Source: Escherichia phage vB_EcoM-RPN187
Sequence record: OL770074.2
DNA: 64,000 bases
Reading direction: 5' to 3' (one strand)
The notes under the pieces are model-generated. The model searched no databases and had not been told where the DNA came from. It saw only the letters and a list, made by a program, of their open reading frames with translations. A program made the position numbers and the translations under genes. The first letter of the stretch is position 1. The number at the start of each line of letters is the position of its first letter. Below are positions 1 through 8,125 of the stretch, piece by piece.

Positions 1-421
1 ATGATTTGTGCTTGGCGAATTCAAGACCAGCGTAGTTGACAGCCTTAGCTAATTTATTATCAATGACCCATTTACCGGCTTTAGGCACAAACACCGGGCC
101 TTTCTGTTTAGAGAATAGTTTTAAATTCCAGCGACGAAGATCACTGTCGGCTTTAACAAAAGCTGCGTCTAAGTTACTAGCAACAACATCTTGAATATGG
201 CCAAATTTAAGCCCATCAACTTCAATATTTAAATCGGTACGCCAGCGAAGTCCTTCCCAAGCGAAGGCTTTAAAATCAGAAGCTTTTGTGGCTAGATATC
301 GTTCAAGTGGAGCAGTTTTAGGGTCAAAGCCGTTACCGCCACGATAAGTCCACTCGTCCTTATTAATGCCTTGAGCTTTTCCTGCAAAGGCCTCGGCGAT
401 AAATTCTTTATATGTTTTCAT
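1..421 (-). CDS. internal-protein-like protein with capsid-targeting-sequence N-terminus; C-terminal end lies beyond window start
   Basis: Not in ORF track (partial). Hand translation from ATG at 421-419 runs without stop to position 1: MKTYKEFIAEAFAGKAQGINKDEW... N-terminus matches the T4 IP capsid-targeting sequence (MKTYQEFIAE, from memory). Early promoter immediately upstream (452-481). Confidence 0.5.
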   Translation of the reverse strand, partial: MKTYKEFIAEAFAGKAQGINKDEWTYRGGNGFDPKTAPLERYLATKASDFKAFAWEGLRWRTDLNIEVDGLKFGHIQDVVASNLDAAFVKADSDLRRWNLKLFSKQKGPVFVPKAGKWVIDNKLAKAVNYAGLEFAKHKS

Positions 422-451
422 TTTTGTTTCCTTGTTTGTTTTGATAGAGTA

Positions 452-481
452 ATTATACCATATTAATACTTAAGCGTAAAC
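452..481 (-). promoter_or_regulatory. T4-type early promoter (-35 GTTTAC, 18-nt spacer, -10 TATAAT)
   Basis: Minus strand reads GTTTAC (476-481) then 18 nt then TATAAT (452-457), about 30 nt upstream of ATG at 421. Confidence 0.55.
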
Positions 482-484
482 TGT

Positions 485-745
485 TTAAGCTTTACCGCCG
501 GAAATAATTCCGAAGTTGTTAAAATCGTATCCAATATCGTCAACATCTACTTTAGGACTTGTAGCAACATAAGCAATTTCACTACGTTTTGCATAGGTGT
601 TGATTTCTTTACCATCGCCACCTAAGAAAAAATACCCATTACGTTTTAATGAGCCAAAGTCTTCCGCATCACCAATGAAAGCTTTAACTTTAAATTTAGG
701 ACCTTTGGCATCTGCTTCAGCGATAAATTCTTGATACATTTTCAT
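485..745 (-). CDS. internal-protein-like small protein with capsid-targeting-sequence N-terminus
   Basis: ORF track 86 aa; starts MKMYQEFIAE|ADAKG (I-A-E fits gp21 protease L/I-x-E cleavage consensus). ATG verified at 745-743. Confidence 0.55.
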   Translation of the reverse strand: MKMYQEFIAEADAKGPKFKVKAFIGDAEDFGSLKRNGYFFLGGDGKEINTYAKRSEIAYVATSPKVDVDDIGYDFNNFGIISGGKA

Positions 746-751
746 TTTTCC

Positions 752-1165
752 TTAGTAAATTGATTTACCATAGTATTTGTACCAAGTAGGACGTTGAGCA
801 ATTTTTTCATCTAAGCGTGCTTGACTTATCGCAATGGACGCTTCGGACGGGACATAATTATTACGAAATTCGGCAGGGATGTCGGAAATATCCTGGACAG
901 TCGTGTCCTTGATTTTGAAACCACGTTTCAAGCATTCAGCGATTAGCTCGATTTGTCGTAAACGTAAAAATTCGAGTTTGTCGTAAAAGAATGTTACGTG
1001 GCCGGTGCCTAAGATAAATGTTGGAGAGATTTTAAAATCCCTTACACGTTTACCGTTTTGAACATGTTTACGGACTGCACTAAATACACGTGGTAATTCA
1101 CGATACTCAGCCATAAGATGTTGGTCGGTCAGTTCAGAAACAAGTGTTAAATTGATACGAGTCAT
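752..1165 (-). CDS. denV: endonuclease V, pyrimidine-dimer DNA glycosylase
   Basis: [28 protein letters not shown]...[13 protein letters not shown] is near-identical to T4 DenV over its whole length (memory). ORF track begins at a TTG 4 codons upstream; ATG at 1165-1163 with GGAGGAA SD is the likely start. Confidence 0.9.
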   Translation of the reverse strand: MTRINLTLVSELTDQHLMAEYRELPRVFSAVRKHVQNGKRVRDFKISPTFILGTGHVTFFYDKLEFLRLRQIELIAECLKRGFKIKDTTVQDISDIPAEFRNNYVPSEASIAISQARLDEKIAQRPTWYKYYGKSIY

Positions 1166-1223
1166 AATTTCCTCCAAGTAGTTGATGAATGTATAATATC
1201 AAAACCCTTGGAGGAAGTAAACA

Positions 1224-1505
1224 CTATTTTTCTGAAGCGCCTGAAATATATTTTTCAAGACGTTGTTTCATTAGCGAGCCGTTCTTAGCGATTTCTTCCG
1301 GTTTATCGCACATACGCAACAAGGCTTCAAGCTTAACGATATCGCTGGTACGTTCAAATTTGCGAGTATCTATCTTACTAGCAAGTTCAGAAATACGTGC
1401 TAATAGACTTTCAGCTTCAACCAAAGCTGCGCCTAGCTTAGTTGCAAATGTGTCAGTAGCTTCGTTAAGAATAGATTCTGATAAAAATTCACTATATGTT
1501 TTCAT
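1224..1505 (-). CDS. internal-protein-like protein (ipII/ipIII position between denV and e)
   Basis: From ATG at 1505-1503: [10 protein letters not shown]|[10 protein letters not shown]..., 93 aa; ATGA overlap with lysozyme stop (1502-1504). ORF track starts 5 codons upstream at a TTG. Confidence 0.55.
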   Translation of the reverse strand: MKTYSEFLSESILNEATDTFATKLGAALVEAESLLARISELASKIDTRKFERTSDIVKLEALLRMCDKPEEIAKNGSLMKQRLEKYISGASEK

Positions 1506-1990
1506 ATATACGCTTTCCAAGTTCCTGTTTTAAATGTTGAGATTACGCGTTTCGCGCGATTAGGTGTCTGACGATACCATTTAGATTGGGCTAGATTTAC
1601 TGCCGCTTCATCCCAACGTTTCTGTTGAAGCATACGAAGAGAATTAGTAAAACCAGCAACGCCTGCTACACCCATTTGGAAGACCATATTGACCAATGCA
1701 CATCGACGAACCGCATCTAAAGAATCATATACCGGTTTAAGTTTAGCATTACCCAAGATTCCTCGAACGGCTTTATCAACGTCTTCATTAAATAGCTTTT
1801 CGGCCTCATCAAGGGTAATTGTACCGTTGCATTTACGTCCGATCATTCTGTCAAGTTCAGCTTTAGCTACGGCTAAAGACGGGTTCTTTGTTACTAAATG
1901 ACCTATGCCAATCGTCCAAAAGCCTTCAGTGTCTTTGTATAAAGACAGTCTAAGACCTTCGTCATTACGAAGCATTTCAAATATATTCAT
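1502..1990 (-). CDS. e: lysozyme (endolysin), T4 e type
   Basis: [32 protein letters not shown]...[18 protein letters not shown]; near-identical to T4 lysozyme (memory). ATG at 1990-1988 preceded by GGAGG; ORF track starts at an upstream GTG. Confidence 0.95.
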   Translation of the reverse strand: MNIFEMLRNDEGLRLSLYKDTEGFWTIGIGHLVTKNPSLAVAKAELDRMIGRKCNGTITLDEAEKLFNEDVDKAVRGILGNAKLKPVYDSLDAVRRCALVNMVFQMGVAGVAGFTNSLRMLQQKRWDEAAVNLAQSKWYRQTPNRAKRVISTFKTGTWKAYI

Positions 1991-2029
1991 AATACCTCCC
2001 ACGTTTATAGGAGGTATTTATTACTTATA
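1991..2029 (-). promoter_or_regulatory. hairpin sequestering the e ribosome-binding site, with late-promoter-like boxes
   Basis: Perfect 9-bp inverted repeat aatacctcc (1991-1999) / ggaggtatt (2010-2018); on the mRNA the 3' arm GGAGGUAUU is the SD directly before AUG. Loop contains TATAAACG and TATAAGTA lies at 2022-2029 (minus), resembling the late consensus TATAAATA. Confidence 0.6.
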
Positions 2030-2483
2030 GGAGGGTAGTGAGCACCTTATATAATGATTTGCCCATTACATATTCCCATTGAGAAGGTTTAATTAACGCG
2101 AATGCATCAAATTCAGGAATCTGTCTTCCGTCCGGGAACGTATGATAGGAATTACAAACACTGTTTCTGAATTGCTCGTGCTCTACAGGGATGGTATATA
2201 GGAACAGATGAATATTCTTATTGTCTGAGTAATGATGTTCACCTAGGTCTTTCAGGAAGGCAGGGTCATATTGTGTAAACCCAGTTTCTTCTTCGCATTC
2301 ACGAATAGCGGCTTCGATAGGAGATTCACCGGGCTCGACACGACCTTTAGGAATATCCCACCGATGAGCTAAAGAACCTTTAGGACGAGAACCAGTTACA
2401 CGCCCCATGAATAATTCTTTATCTTCGGTAAGGAAAATAATACCAGCTGATAGTTCTTTCACTTTATTTTTCTTACTCATCAT
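2025..2483 (-). CDS. nudE: Nudix hydrolase
   Basis: Nudix box-like GRVEPGESPIEAAIRECEEETGF; position next to e as T4 e.1/nudE. Start chosen at ATG with ATGA overlap to upstream stop; ORF track starts 5 codons earlier. Confidence 0.8.
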   Translation of the reverse strand: MMSKKNKVKELSAGIIFLTEDKELFMGRVTGSRPKGSLAHRWDIPKGRVEPGESPIEAAIRECEEETGFTQYDPAFLKDLGEHHYSDNKNIHLFLYTIPVEHEQFRNSVCNSYHTFPDGRQIPEFDAFALIKPSQWEYVMGKSLYKVLTTLL

Positions 2484-2971
2484 CTCAAATTCCTGCATTC
2501 GGTAATAAAACGTTCAACTTCATTATTCTTGGCCTTTATCTTGTCTTTATGTTCTTGTAAACTACTTTTAATAAGATTAATAATGATGGCGGCGGTACCG
2601 CCGCCAATGATGCCACCAACAACACTTATGATAATAGATGCTAATAAGATAGCAATAATATCAACAAAACCGAAAGAACTCACCTTAGTACTGAAAAACC
2701 ATATAGATGGTACAAATATAATCCATCCTGTTATCCATTGGCACTTATTGAAAAACTTTTCAAGCTCAGCTTGAGTTGTTCGTATTACTTCATCGATAGG
2801 TTGATATCCATTAATGTATCTGTTCACAATAATACCTGCTGGCTGGTCGATTTTAAATTCTTGGCAAATACGTTTCACTAAGTAGGATGGACATCCTGTC
2901 CATCCTACTGAATAGTATGAAATACCTTCGTTGCCATCGTCTATATTAGACCAATATGTTTTGTTAATCAT
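2480..2971 (-). CDS. hypothetical membrane protein, C-terminal FITECR motif
   Basis: ORF track 163 aa; hydrophobic/Gly-rich segment IIAILLASIIISVVGGIIGGGTAAIIINLI; ends ...ERFITECRNLR. Confidence 0.5.
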   Translation of the reverse strand: MINKTYWSNIDDGNEGISYYSVGWTGCPSYLVKRICQEFKIDQPAGIIVNRYINGYQPIDEVIRTTQAELEKFFNKCQWITGWIIFVPSIWFFSTKVSSFGFVDIIAILLASIIISVVGGIIGGGTAAIIINLIKSSLQEHKDKIKAKNNEVERFITECRNLR

Positions 2972-3657
2972 TACCAGCCTTCCATAGGGAATTCCAGATA
3001 AACTTGGGCGTTGACACGAATTTCATTGGTAATCTTTTTAAATCGGTCTGTATTACGAGATACACGTCCGAACCAACGCCATCCATTACTAATTGCACGA
3101 GAACCAGTGTGCCATGTTTGCCAATCAAACTGAAGAAGAGTACGATCTGGAGCTTCCCATTTCTCTAGTTCACCTTTTTCAATTTTTTCGAGGACTTCTT
3201 TGTGCCACTGGCGATAGATAAGTTCGCCATCAGGAATCTGACTGAACTCTGCAGTTCCTGTTGCAAAATGAGTAGGACACACATCAGCGTTAACAAGACC
3301 AAGAATATGTTCAGAATGGTAACGAGGGTTATCATAATCAGGTTGTCCTGCAGTAATAAAGTGTTGACCAACTGGAATATCAGGGCGTGGTACATCATCA
3401 TGGTGATATCCAGGAATAGCAGGATACCAACCAGGCATCAGCATGTGAACTCGTGAATCAAATACTACATCCGAGTCTTTCCAATCATCAGGAAGATTTT
3501 GGATAAAGCTACGAGTAATTGGGCCACCATTATCAAAAGCAAAATTCAAATCGCAGTTAAAGAACATAGGCTCGTTTTTAATCTGGTTGTTTTTAATCTC
3601 ATGAGCAAAACCACCTACTGCACGAGCTTGGCTATTAAACACTTTAGAACTATTCAT
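2971..3657 (-). CDS. hypothetical protein (HHDD motif; possible metal-dependent enzyme)
   Basis: ORF track 228 aa; ATG verified 3657-3655. Contains PGYHHDD and later His residues (YHSEH, WHTGSR). Fold not assignable by eye. Confidence 0.5.
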   Translation of the reverse strand: MNSSKVFNSQARAVGGFAHEIKNNQIKNEPMFFNCDLNFAFDNGGPITRSFIQNLPDDWKDSDVVFDSRVHMLMPGWYPAIPGYHHDDVPRPDIPVGQHFITAGQPDYDNPRYHSEHILGLVNADVCPTHFATGTAEFSQIPDGELIYRQWHKEVLEKIEKGELEKWEAPDRTLLQFDWQTWHTGSRAISNGWRWFGRVSRNTDRFKKITNEIRVNAQVYLEFPMEGW

Positions 3658-3658
3658 A

Positions 3659-3964
3659 TTATTTTCCTCGGCATTCTTTAATGAAATTTTCTAGATTGGT
3701 AGATTCAATAGCTTTTTTACGAGCTTCTGCGTGTTCTTCTTCAGACAATTTACATTTATAATTGACCCAGGCATTATGGTCGAAACTAGTCGTGGCATAT
3801 AATAACAATGCTCCGACGAATAATAAAAACGGTGATAAGAATACAAAACCAGGAACACCATCCATATCGTAAGCCTTTTGTAATACTGCAACAGAAAGGG
3901 CCGCGTAAAAAGGTGATGCAAATATTGTTAAAAGACCAATTCGGTTGGTTTCTGTTAATTTCAT
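3659..3964 (-). CDS. small membrane protein, C-terminal ENFIKECR motif
   Basis: ORF track 101 aa; two hydrophobic helices (LLTIFASPFYAALSVAVL, FVFLSPFLLFVGALLLYA); GAGGAG SD; ends ...NLENFIKECRGK. Confidence 0.5.
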   Translation of the reverse strand: MKLTETNRIGLLTIFASPFYAALSVAVLQKAYDMDGVPGFVFLSPFLLFVGALLLYATTSFDHNAWVNYKCKLSEEEHAEARKKAIESTNLENFIKECRGK

Positions 3965-3992
3965 ATTATTCTCCTCATGTTTTAATAGGACT

Positions 3993-4022
3993 ACTATAAC
4001 ATAGTCCTATCATGTTGTAAAC
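3993..4022 (-). promoter_or_regulatory. T4-type early promoter embedded in a stem-loop
   Basis: Minus strand GTTTAC (4017-4022), 18 nt, TATAGT (3993-3998); 9-bp inverted repeat ataggacta/tagtcctat (3985-4010) spans the -10 region. Confidence 0.55.
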
Positions 4023-4034
4023 AGTTTTGTGAAG

Positions 4035-4991
4035 TTATTTGAAAGGTTTCACCATATGAAAATTTTCTTTAAACCGTTTGATGTAATCATTTTTGCCGAG
4101 CTTATGATACATAGCCACTACTTCATAATAGTTCTCGTATGCGTACTCACGGAACCAACCAGAGGTGATGCTTGTACAGACCTTTTCCAATGCCATCATG
4201 AAACTGGCTTCAGGGTTAATTTTAAAGTCATTAGGAATCTGAGAACGTTCTAATGCTAGTACACATGATTCTTCGTATACACCGGCCAATTTGACCATTT
4301 CTGGTAATGATTCGAACTTCTCTCGTGAGGTCATGACTTCAGAACCGTCTTTCATATAAAATGTATACGCTGGACGGTCTGTTAGCGCAATGGCTTCATG
4401 AATAGTATCATGGTCATATGTATAGATGTCATCTTTAAAGAACGCACTTTTAGAAGTGTCAAGAACTGGGTGAGCATAGTTCAAGGTTTCTTTCTGGCGT
4501 TTCAGCATAATTTCAGTAAGTTCATCGTTCAGTGTAACACCTTTACCGCGAAGATACTGAATATGGTTCATAGTCTTTAAAAAGAATGGATTATTTTTCT
4601 TGAAACGATGAGACATCTTAATTGCAAGACACATCTCAGGAGTTGCCCAGTAAAACCCGTTCAAACGGTCTTTAGTCAAATTTTTCTTGGCGTATTTTAA
4701 AAGGTCATAAGAAGACGTGAAATCTTCAGGAGTGAGTTCACCGACTAATTCACGGACATTAGTGATTGCCGGAACAATATATGCTTCAAAATGAGTTTCG
4801 CGTCCGTTATGGAAACATTTGAAAACTTGGACACCAGGGTTATCTTGATGAACGTATACACCCATCATTTGATTTTTGAATGCATTCCAAGAACCTTGGT
4901 CTGCAATAAAGTCCCAGTCACTATTTTTGATAGCGTTAGAATCAATAAGACCGTGATAGTGAAGTGCACGAGAACCAATAACTAACATCAT
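4035..4991 (-). CDS. hypothetical protein, 318 aa (possible nucleotidyltransferase-like N-terminus)
   Basis: ORF track; ATG verified with GAGGAAA SD. N-terminus IGSRALHYHGL...NSDWDFIAD loosely resembles the GS...DxD motif of Pol-beta-fold nucleotidyltransferases; spacing is longer than typical. Confidence 0.5.
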   Translation of the reverse strand: MMLVIGSRALHYHGLIDSNAIKNSDWDFIADQGSWNAFKNQMMGVYVHQDNPGVQVFKCFHNGRETHFEAYIVPAITNVRELVGELTPEDFTSSYDLLKYAKKNLTKDRLNGFYWATPEMCLAIKMSHRFKKNNPFFLKTMNHIQYLRGKGVTLNDELTEIMLKRQKETLNYAHPVLDTSKSAFFKDDIYTYDHDTIHEAIALTDRPAYTFYMKDGSEVMTSREKFESLPEMVKLAGVYEESCVLALERSQIPNDFKINPEASFMMALEKVCTSITSGWFREYAYENYYEVVAMYHKLGKNDYIKRFKENFHMVKPFK

Positions 4992-5019
4992 AATATTTTC
5001 CTCGGATTAATTCATTAAC

Positions 5020-5271
5020 TTAAATTTCACGACATGCGATATCATATTCATCCCATAGGTCATCGTGTGAAGCCTCTACTAATGGAACGATTGTACCATT
5101 TATGTCTTCATTATAAGGGCAAATTGTACAGTGTGCATCTTCGAATCGGATGCCTTTGTGTTCAGATTTTTTATAACGCATATCGAATATCTTTGCAAAC
5201 TTTTCACGAGTAATGGTTTTAGCAACCACTTTGGTTCCAACACTTTCGTAATAAATCATTGTGGACTCCAT
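5020..5271 (-). CDS. hypothetical small protein
   Basis: ORF track 83 aa; own early promoter upstream (5288-5317); ATG verified 5271-5269. Confidence 0.45.
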   Translation of the reverse strand: MESTMIYYESVGTKVVAKTITREKFAKIFDMRYKKSEHKGIRFEDAHCTICPYNEDINGTIVPLVEASHDDLWDEYDIACREI

Positions 5272-5287
5272 TTAATTTGATAGGACT

Positions 5288-5317
5288 ACTATAACATAGC
5301 CCTATCTTGTTGTAAAC
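5288..5317 (-). promoter_or_regulatory. T4-type early promoter next to an imperfect stem-loop
   Basis: Minus strand GTTTAC (5312-5317), 18 nt, TATAGT (5288-5293); near-identical sequence to the 3993-4022 promoter. Confidence 0.55.
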
Positions 5318-5321
5318 TGTT

Positions 5322-5519
5322 TTAGCAAGAATAACTAGATGATACCCAGCCTTGAACAGTAATACTATTATTTGATACCGAGATTGCATTCTGGAGATTC
5401 AAACCTGCATTATCTTCAATCCACAATGTAACTTCTTCGCGTTCTTCTGTTGCAATTTGGAACAGGTTTTCTAGGGCAGCTACTGCCGTACGTACAGCAC
5501 AATCCAATTCACGAGACAT
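5322..5519 (-). CDS. small protein, member of tandem paralogue family with C-terminal GWVSSSxxC motif
   Basis: ORF track 65 aa; ends ...TVQGWVSSSYSC; ATG verified. Confidence 0.45.
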   Translation of the reverse strand: MSRELDCAVRTAVAALENLFQIATEEREEVTLWIEDNAGLNLQNAISVSNNSITVQGWVSSSYSC

Positions 5520-5528
5520 ATAGTTTCC

Positions 5529-5801
5529 TTAGCAAGTGTGAGAAGATGCAATCCAACCACCAGTTTCAAGGCTCAGGTTGTAGTCGTATTGGTAAACGTC
5601 AGCCCATTCAGCATAGCCGTTTTTTGTACAACGTTCAAGATCGGCTTTAAGTTGTCCGGGTGAATGATATGTTCCACCCATACCATAAGCTGGATACAAG
5701 TCGAATGTTGTGTTTTGTTTATCAGCAATTTCTTTGGCAGCCTCAATAGCTGCATAGATTTTTGCTACGGCTTCAGCCAGTTCGGTTTGTTCTTTAGACA
5801 T
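5529..5801 (-). CDS. small protein, member of tandem paralogue family with C-terminal GWIASSxxC motif
   Basis: ORF track 90 aa; ...YGMGGTYHSPG...ETGGWIASSHTC; stop runs into SD TAAGGAA of the next gene. Confidence 0.5.
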   Translation of the reverse strand: MSKEQTELAEAVAKIYAAIEAAKEIADKQNTTFDLYPAYGMGGTYHSPGQLKADLERCTKNGYAEWADVYQYDYNLSLETGGWIASSHTC

Positions 5802-5810
5802 AATGATTCC

Positions 5811-6116
5811 TTAGCACAACGCAGAAGACGAAACCCAAGCACCTTCAGTAATAACGTAACCATTACCTTCACGCTTAACATCGCCACCATTATTTTCAAT
5901 TTCATCTTTCATCCACTGGGATACGATTTCACCCTTAGGATAATAAGTACGACCGCTACCATAATCACCTACAGAAAATGATACGGCGTATTGGTCTGCG
6001 ATCTTTGTTGCTTCTTCTTCGATACGTTCAGCTTGATTCAGAAGTTTATAAATTGCATCTGAAGCGGATTTGGCATCATTAAACTCTGGTACTTTAATTT
6101 CAATAATCTTACTCAT
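5811..6116 (-). CDS. small protein, member of tandem paralogue family with C-terminal AWVSSSxxC motif
   Basis: ORF track 101 aa; ...GDYGSGRTYYPKG...TEGAWVSSSALC; ATGA overlap with upstream gene. Confidence 0.5.
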   Translation of the reverse strand: MSKIIEIKVPEFNDAKSASDAIYKLLNQAERIEEEATKIADQYAVSFSVGDYGSGRTYYPKGEIVSQWMKDEIENNGGDVKREGNGYVITEGAWVSSSALC

Positions 6117-6472
6117 TTTCTACATTCCTTAATAAAGTTTTCGATTGTTTCATTTTCACGTCTAGCTAGGAGTTCATTATAACTAATCATTTGAGAAGCG
6201 TAAACCTTTTTATTTTTCTTGTTATGGTTTATAAAATCGTAGTAAAAATAGACTACAGTACAAAATGATGCGATGGATGCAAAGGCTTGGGTATACCGTA
6301 AGTCCTGCCATTGGTCTGTGAATCCACCAGTGTTCCCTATAAATCCTAACACAACGCCGTCAATAAGAAATCCAACTAATCCAAAGGCAAATCCCATGCC
6401 AATACTCATAATAAAAATTAGAATGTTCTCACCAAGAGAAGGCCATACGGTTAAGAGTTGAGGCTTTTGCAT
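6113..6472 (-). CDS. membrane protein, C-terminal ENFIKECRK motif
   Basis: ORF track 119 aa; hydrophobic/Gly-rich segments (ILIFIMSIGMGFAFGLVGFLIDGVVLGFIG); ends ...ETIENFIKECRK. Confidence 0.5.
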   Translation of the reverse strand: MQKPQLLTVWPSLGENILIFIMSIGMGFAFGLVGFLIDGVVLGFIGNTGGFTDQWQDLRYTQAFASIASFCTVVYFYYDFINHNKKNKKVYASQMISYNELLARRENETIENFIKECRK

Positions 6473-6846
6473 CTTATTTCCTTAACGAATTCCATAGCTT
6501 CTTCATATTCGTACTTTTTAACAGCTTCATCATACTGAGCTTGGGCTTTTGCGCACTGAACTTTCCATTCTCTTAATCGGGCTCTATAATGACGTCCTTG
6601 GTGCCAATATCCTACCCAATTAATAGGCATTAATAAAAACGGTACAATAAGTGGTGCGACGAACATTAATGAAAATGCTGCATCAGACGATATAACTTCA
6701 CTAGAATCTAAAACAGCTCCTATAATCATAAAGATTAAAAATGCTAAAGCTAAAATAGGGCCAAATAGTACTTCGTTTGGGATTAATTTACGCTTGTATT
6801 CATACGCCCAGGGCTTAATTGGCATGTATAGGGTTGGCTTTGACAT
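6451..6846 (-). CDS. membrane protein (start uncertain)
   Basis: ORF track 6451..6876 starts at a TTG; first ATG at 6846-6844. Hydrophobic helices (FGPILALAFLIFMIIGAV, FSLMFVAPLIVPFLL); ends ...EFVKEIRCKSLNS. Confidence 0.4.
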   Translation of the reverse strand: MSKPTLYMPIKPWAYEYKRKLIPNEVLFGPILALAFLIFMIIGAVLDSSEVISSDAAFSLMFVAPLIVPFLLMPINWVGYWHQGRHYRARLREWKVQCAKAQAQYDEAVKKYEYEEAMEFVKEIRCKSLNS

Positions 6847-7411
6847 ATTCTCTACATTCCATAATAAATTGCTCAAGGATTAAATTGTTAGTGAAATTAG
6901 GACTAACAACCATGGTTTCATAAAGCGCATCAATAGCACTTAAAGCATCAACTCTTTTAAGCAAAGGCTTGCCTTCATACATAGTTTCAGAATCGACGAT
7001 TAACGTAAAGTAATATTTTTTATTATTGACCAGAACTTCTGTATCAATATAAAACATGTTAGATCTTAAAAGCTTATCTCTAAAACCATAATAATCTTCA
7101 GAGCGTTCGCTGATATATTCCAATTCAGTGTTTAAACAACAAACAGACCACGTAGGAGCAACGAAATCAGTGAATCTAATATCATGGTCTGCAACTAGTT
7201 TAGCAATAGCTCCGATATCATGAATCATAATACCTGGGGCTAATAAAGATTTTCGGTTATTTGCATATTCAGTTGTCTCATAAGAAGACGACCAGTACCA
7301 TTTACGTCCAGTTGCAACATATCGTAATGAATCAACTAAAGACGTAGGTGGATTTACCTTATTTCGGAACTCTTCGAACATTGAGTCAATATCATTATTT
7401 TGGTTTCGCAT
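6815..7411 (-). CDS. hypothetical protein with C-terminal EQFIMECRE motif
   Basis: ORF track 6815..7432; ATG at 7411-7409 with AAGGAG SD is the likely start (MRNQNNDIDSMFEEF...). Confidence 0.5.
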   Translation of the reverse strand: MRNQNNDIDSMFEEFRNKVNPPTSLVDSLRYVATGRKWYWSSSYETTEYANNRKSLLAPGIMIHDIGAIAKLVADHDIRFTDFVAPTWSVCCLNTELEYISERSEDYYGFRDKLLRSNMFYIDTEVLVNNKKYYFTLIVDSETMYEGKPLLKRVDALSAIDALYETMVVSPNFTNNLILEQFIMECREYVKANPIHAN

Positions 7412-7430
7412 GTTAACTCCTTTATTATCC

Positions 7431-7452
7431 AAAAGGAGGACCGGAGTCCTCC
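7431..7452 (-). terminator. intrinsic terminator-like hairpin
   Basis: 7-bp stem ggaggac/gtcctcc with cgga loop (7435-7452); minus strand followed by UUUU; lies 9 nt after the stop of the 7461..8054 gene. Confidence 0.4.
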
Positions 7453-7460
7453 GTATTATT

Positions 7461-8054
7461 TTATTTCAAAGAGTTAATATATTCTTGTACATCAGCAGAA
7501 GTGGTTTCGACACCAGCTGGAGTGCCATTGAACGTTTCAACACGAGTCAGAGTGTCTTCGATATCAACCTTAGTCAGTGCAGCGATTTCAATTACATCGT
7601 CAGCCGTAGAGATACCAAGGGCATTGGCTGCTCGAGTTTCACGAATGTATTCGAGTTTGATTGCCAGGTTCTGACGAGCATCGTCAAGTTCAACCACCTT
7701 ACGAGCAATTTCAATTCGCATAGCAGCGTACCCGTCAGCTTTTGTATTAAGTTGTTCGGCGGTTCGACGATACAGAAGACCAAGCTTAGCATGCATGGTA
7801 ACATCTTGTCCTTCAGCCAGGAGCTTACGAATTTCAAGTTCCTTAGAAGCGGCTTGCTTATTCTTTTCATTAACAAGTTCGCGAATACGTTTTTCTTCAT
7901 TAATAGATTTAACAGAAGCCGTTTTTAGTTCTTTGATTTGGGTAATCAACTTATCTGCGGCTGCGTTATACTGTTCTTCGACAGTCAGATTTTTAGCCAT
8001 AGCAGTACCCAGTTTAGTGCGGATGAATTCAACAAGTTTCTTCAGTGTGTTCAT
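7461..8054 (-). CDS. coiled-coil protein, possibly PspA/IM30-like
   Basis: ORF track 7461..8069; ATG at 8054 with GAAAGG SD. About 197 aa, predominantly helical/charged, resembling PspA by eye only. Confidence 0.45.
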   Translation of the reverse strand: MNTLKKLVEFIRTKLGTAMAKNLTVEEQYNAAADKLITQIKELKTASVKSINEEKRIRELVNEKNKQAASKELEIRKLLAEGQDVTMHAKLGLLYRRTAEQLNTKADGYAAMRIEIARKVVELDDARQNLAIKLEYIRETRAANALGISTADDVIEIAALTKVDIEDTLTRVETFNGTPAGVETTSADVQEYINSLK

Positions 8055-8125
8055 ATTATTACCTTTCAATTGGTGGTTTATTATCCAATGAGAGCATTAT
8101 ACTCTGCTCTCAAGAGTTTGTACAC

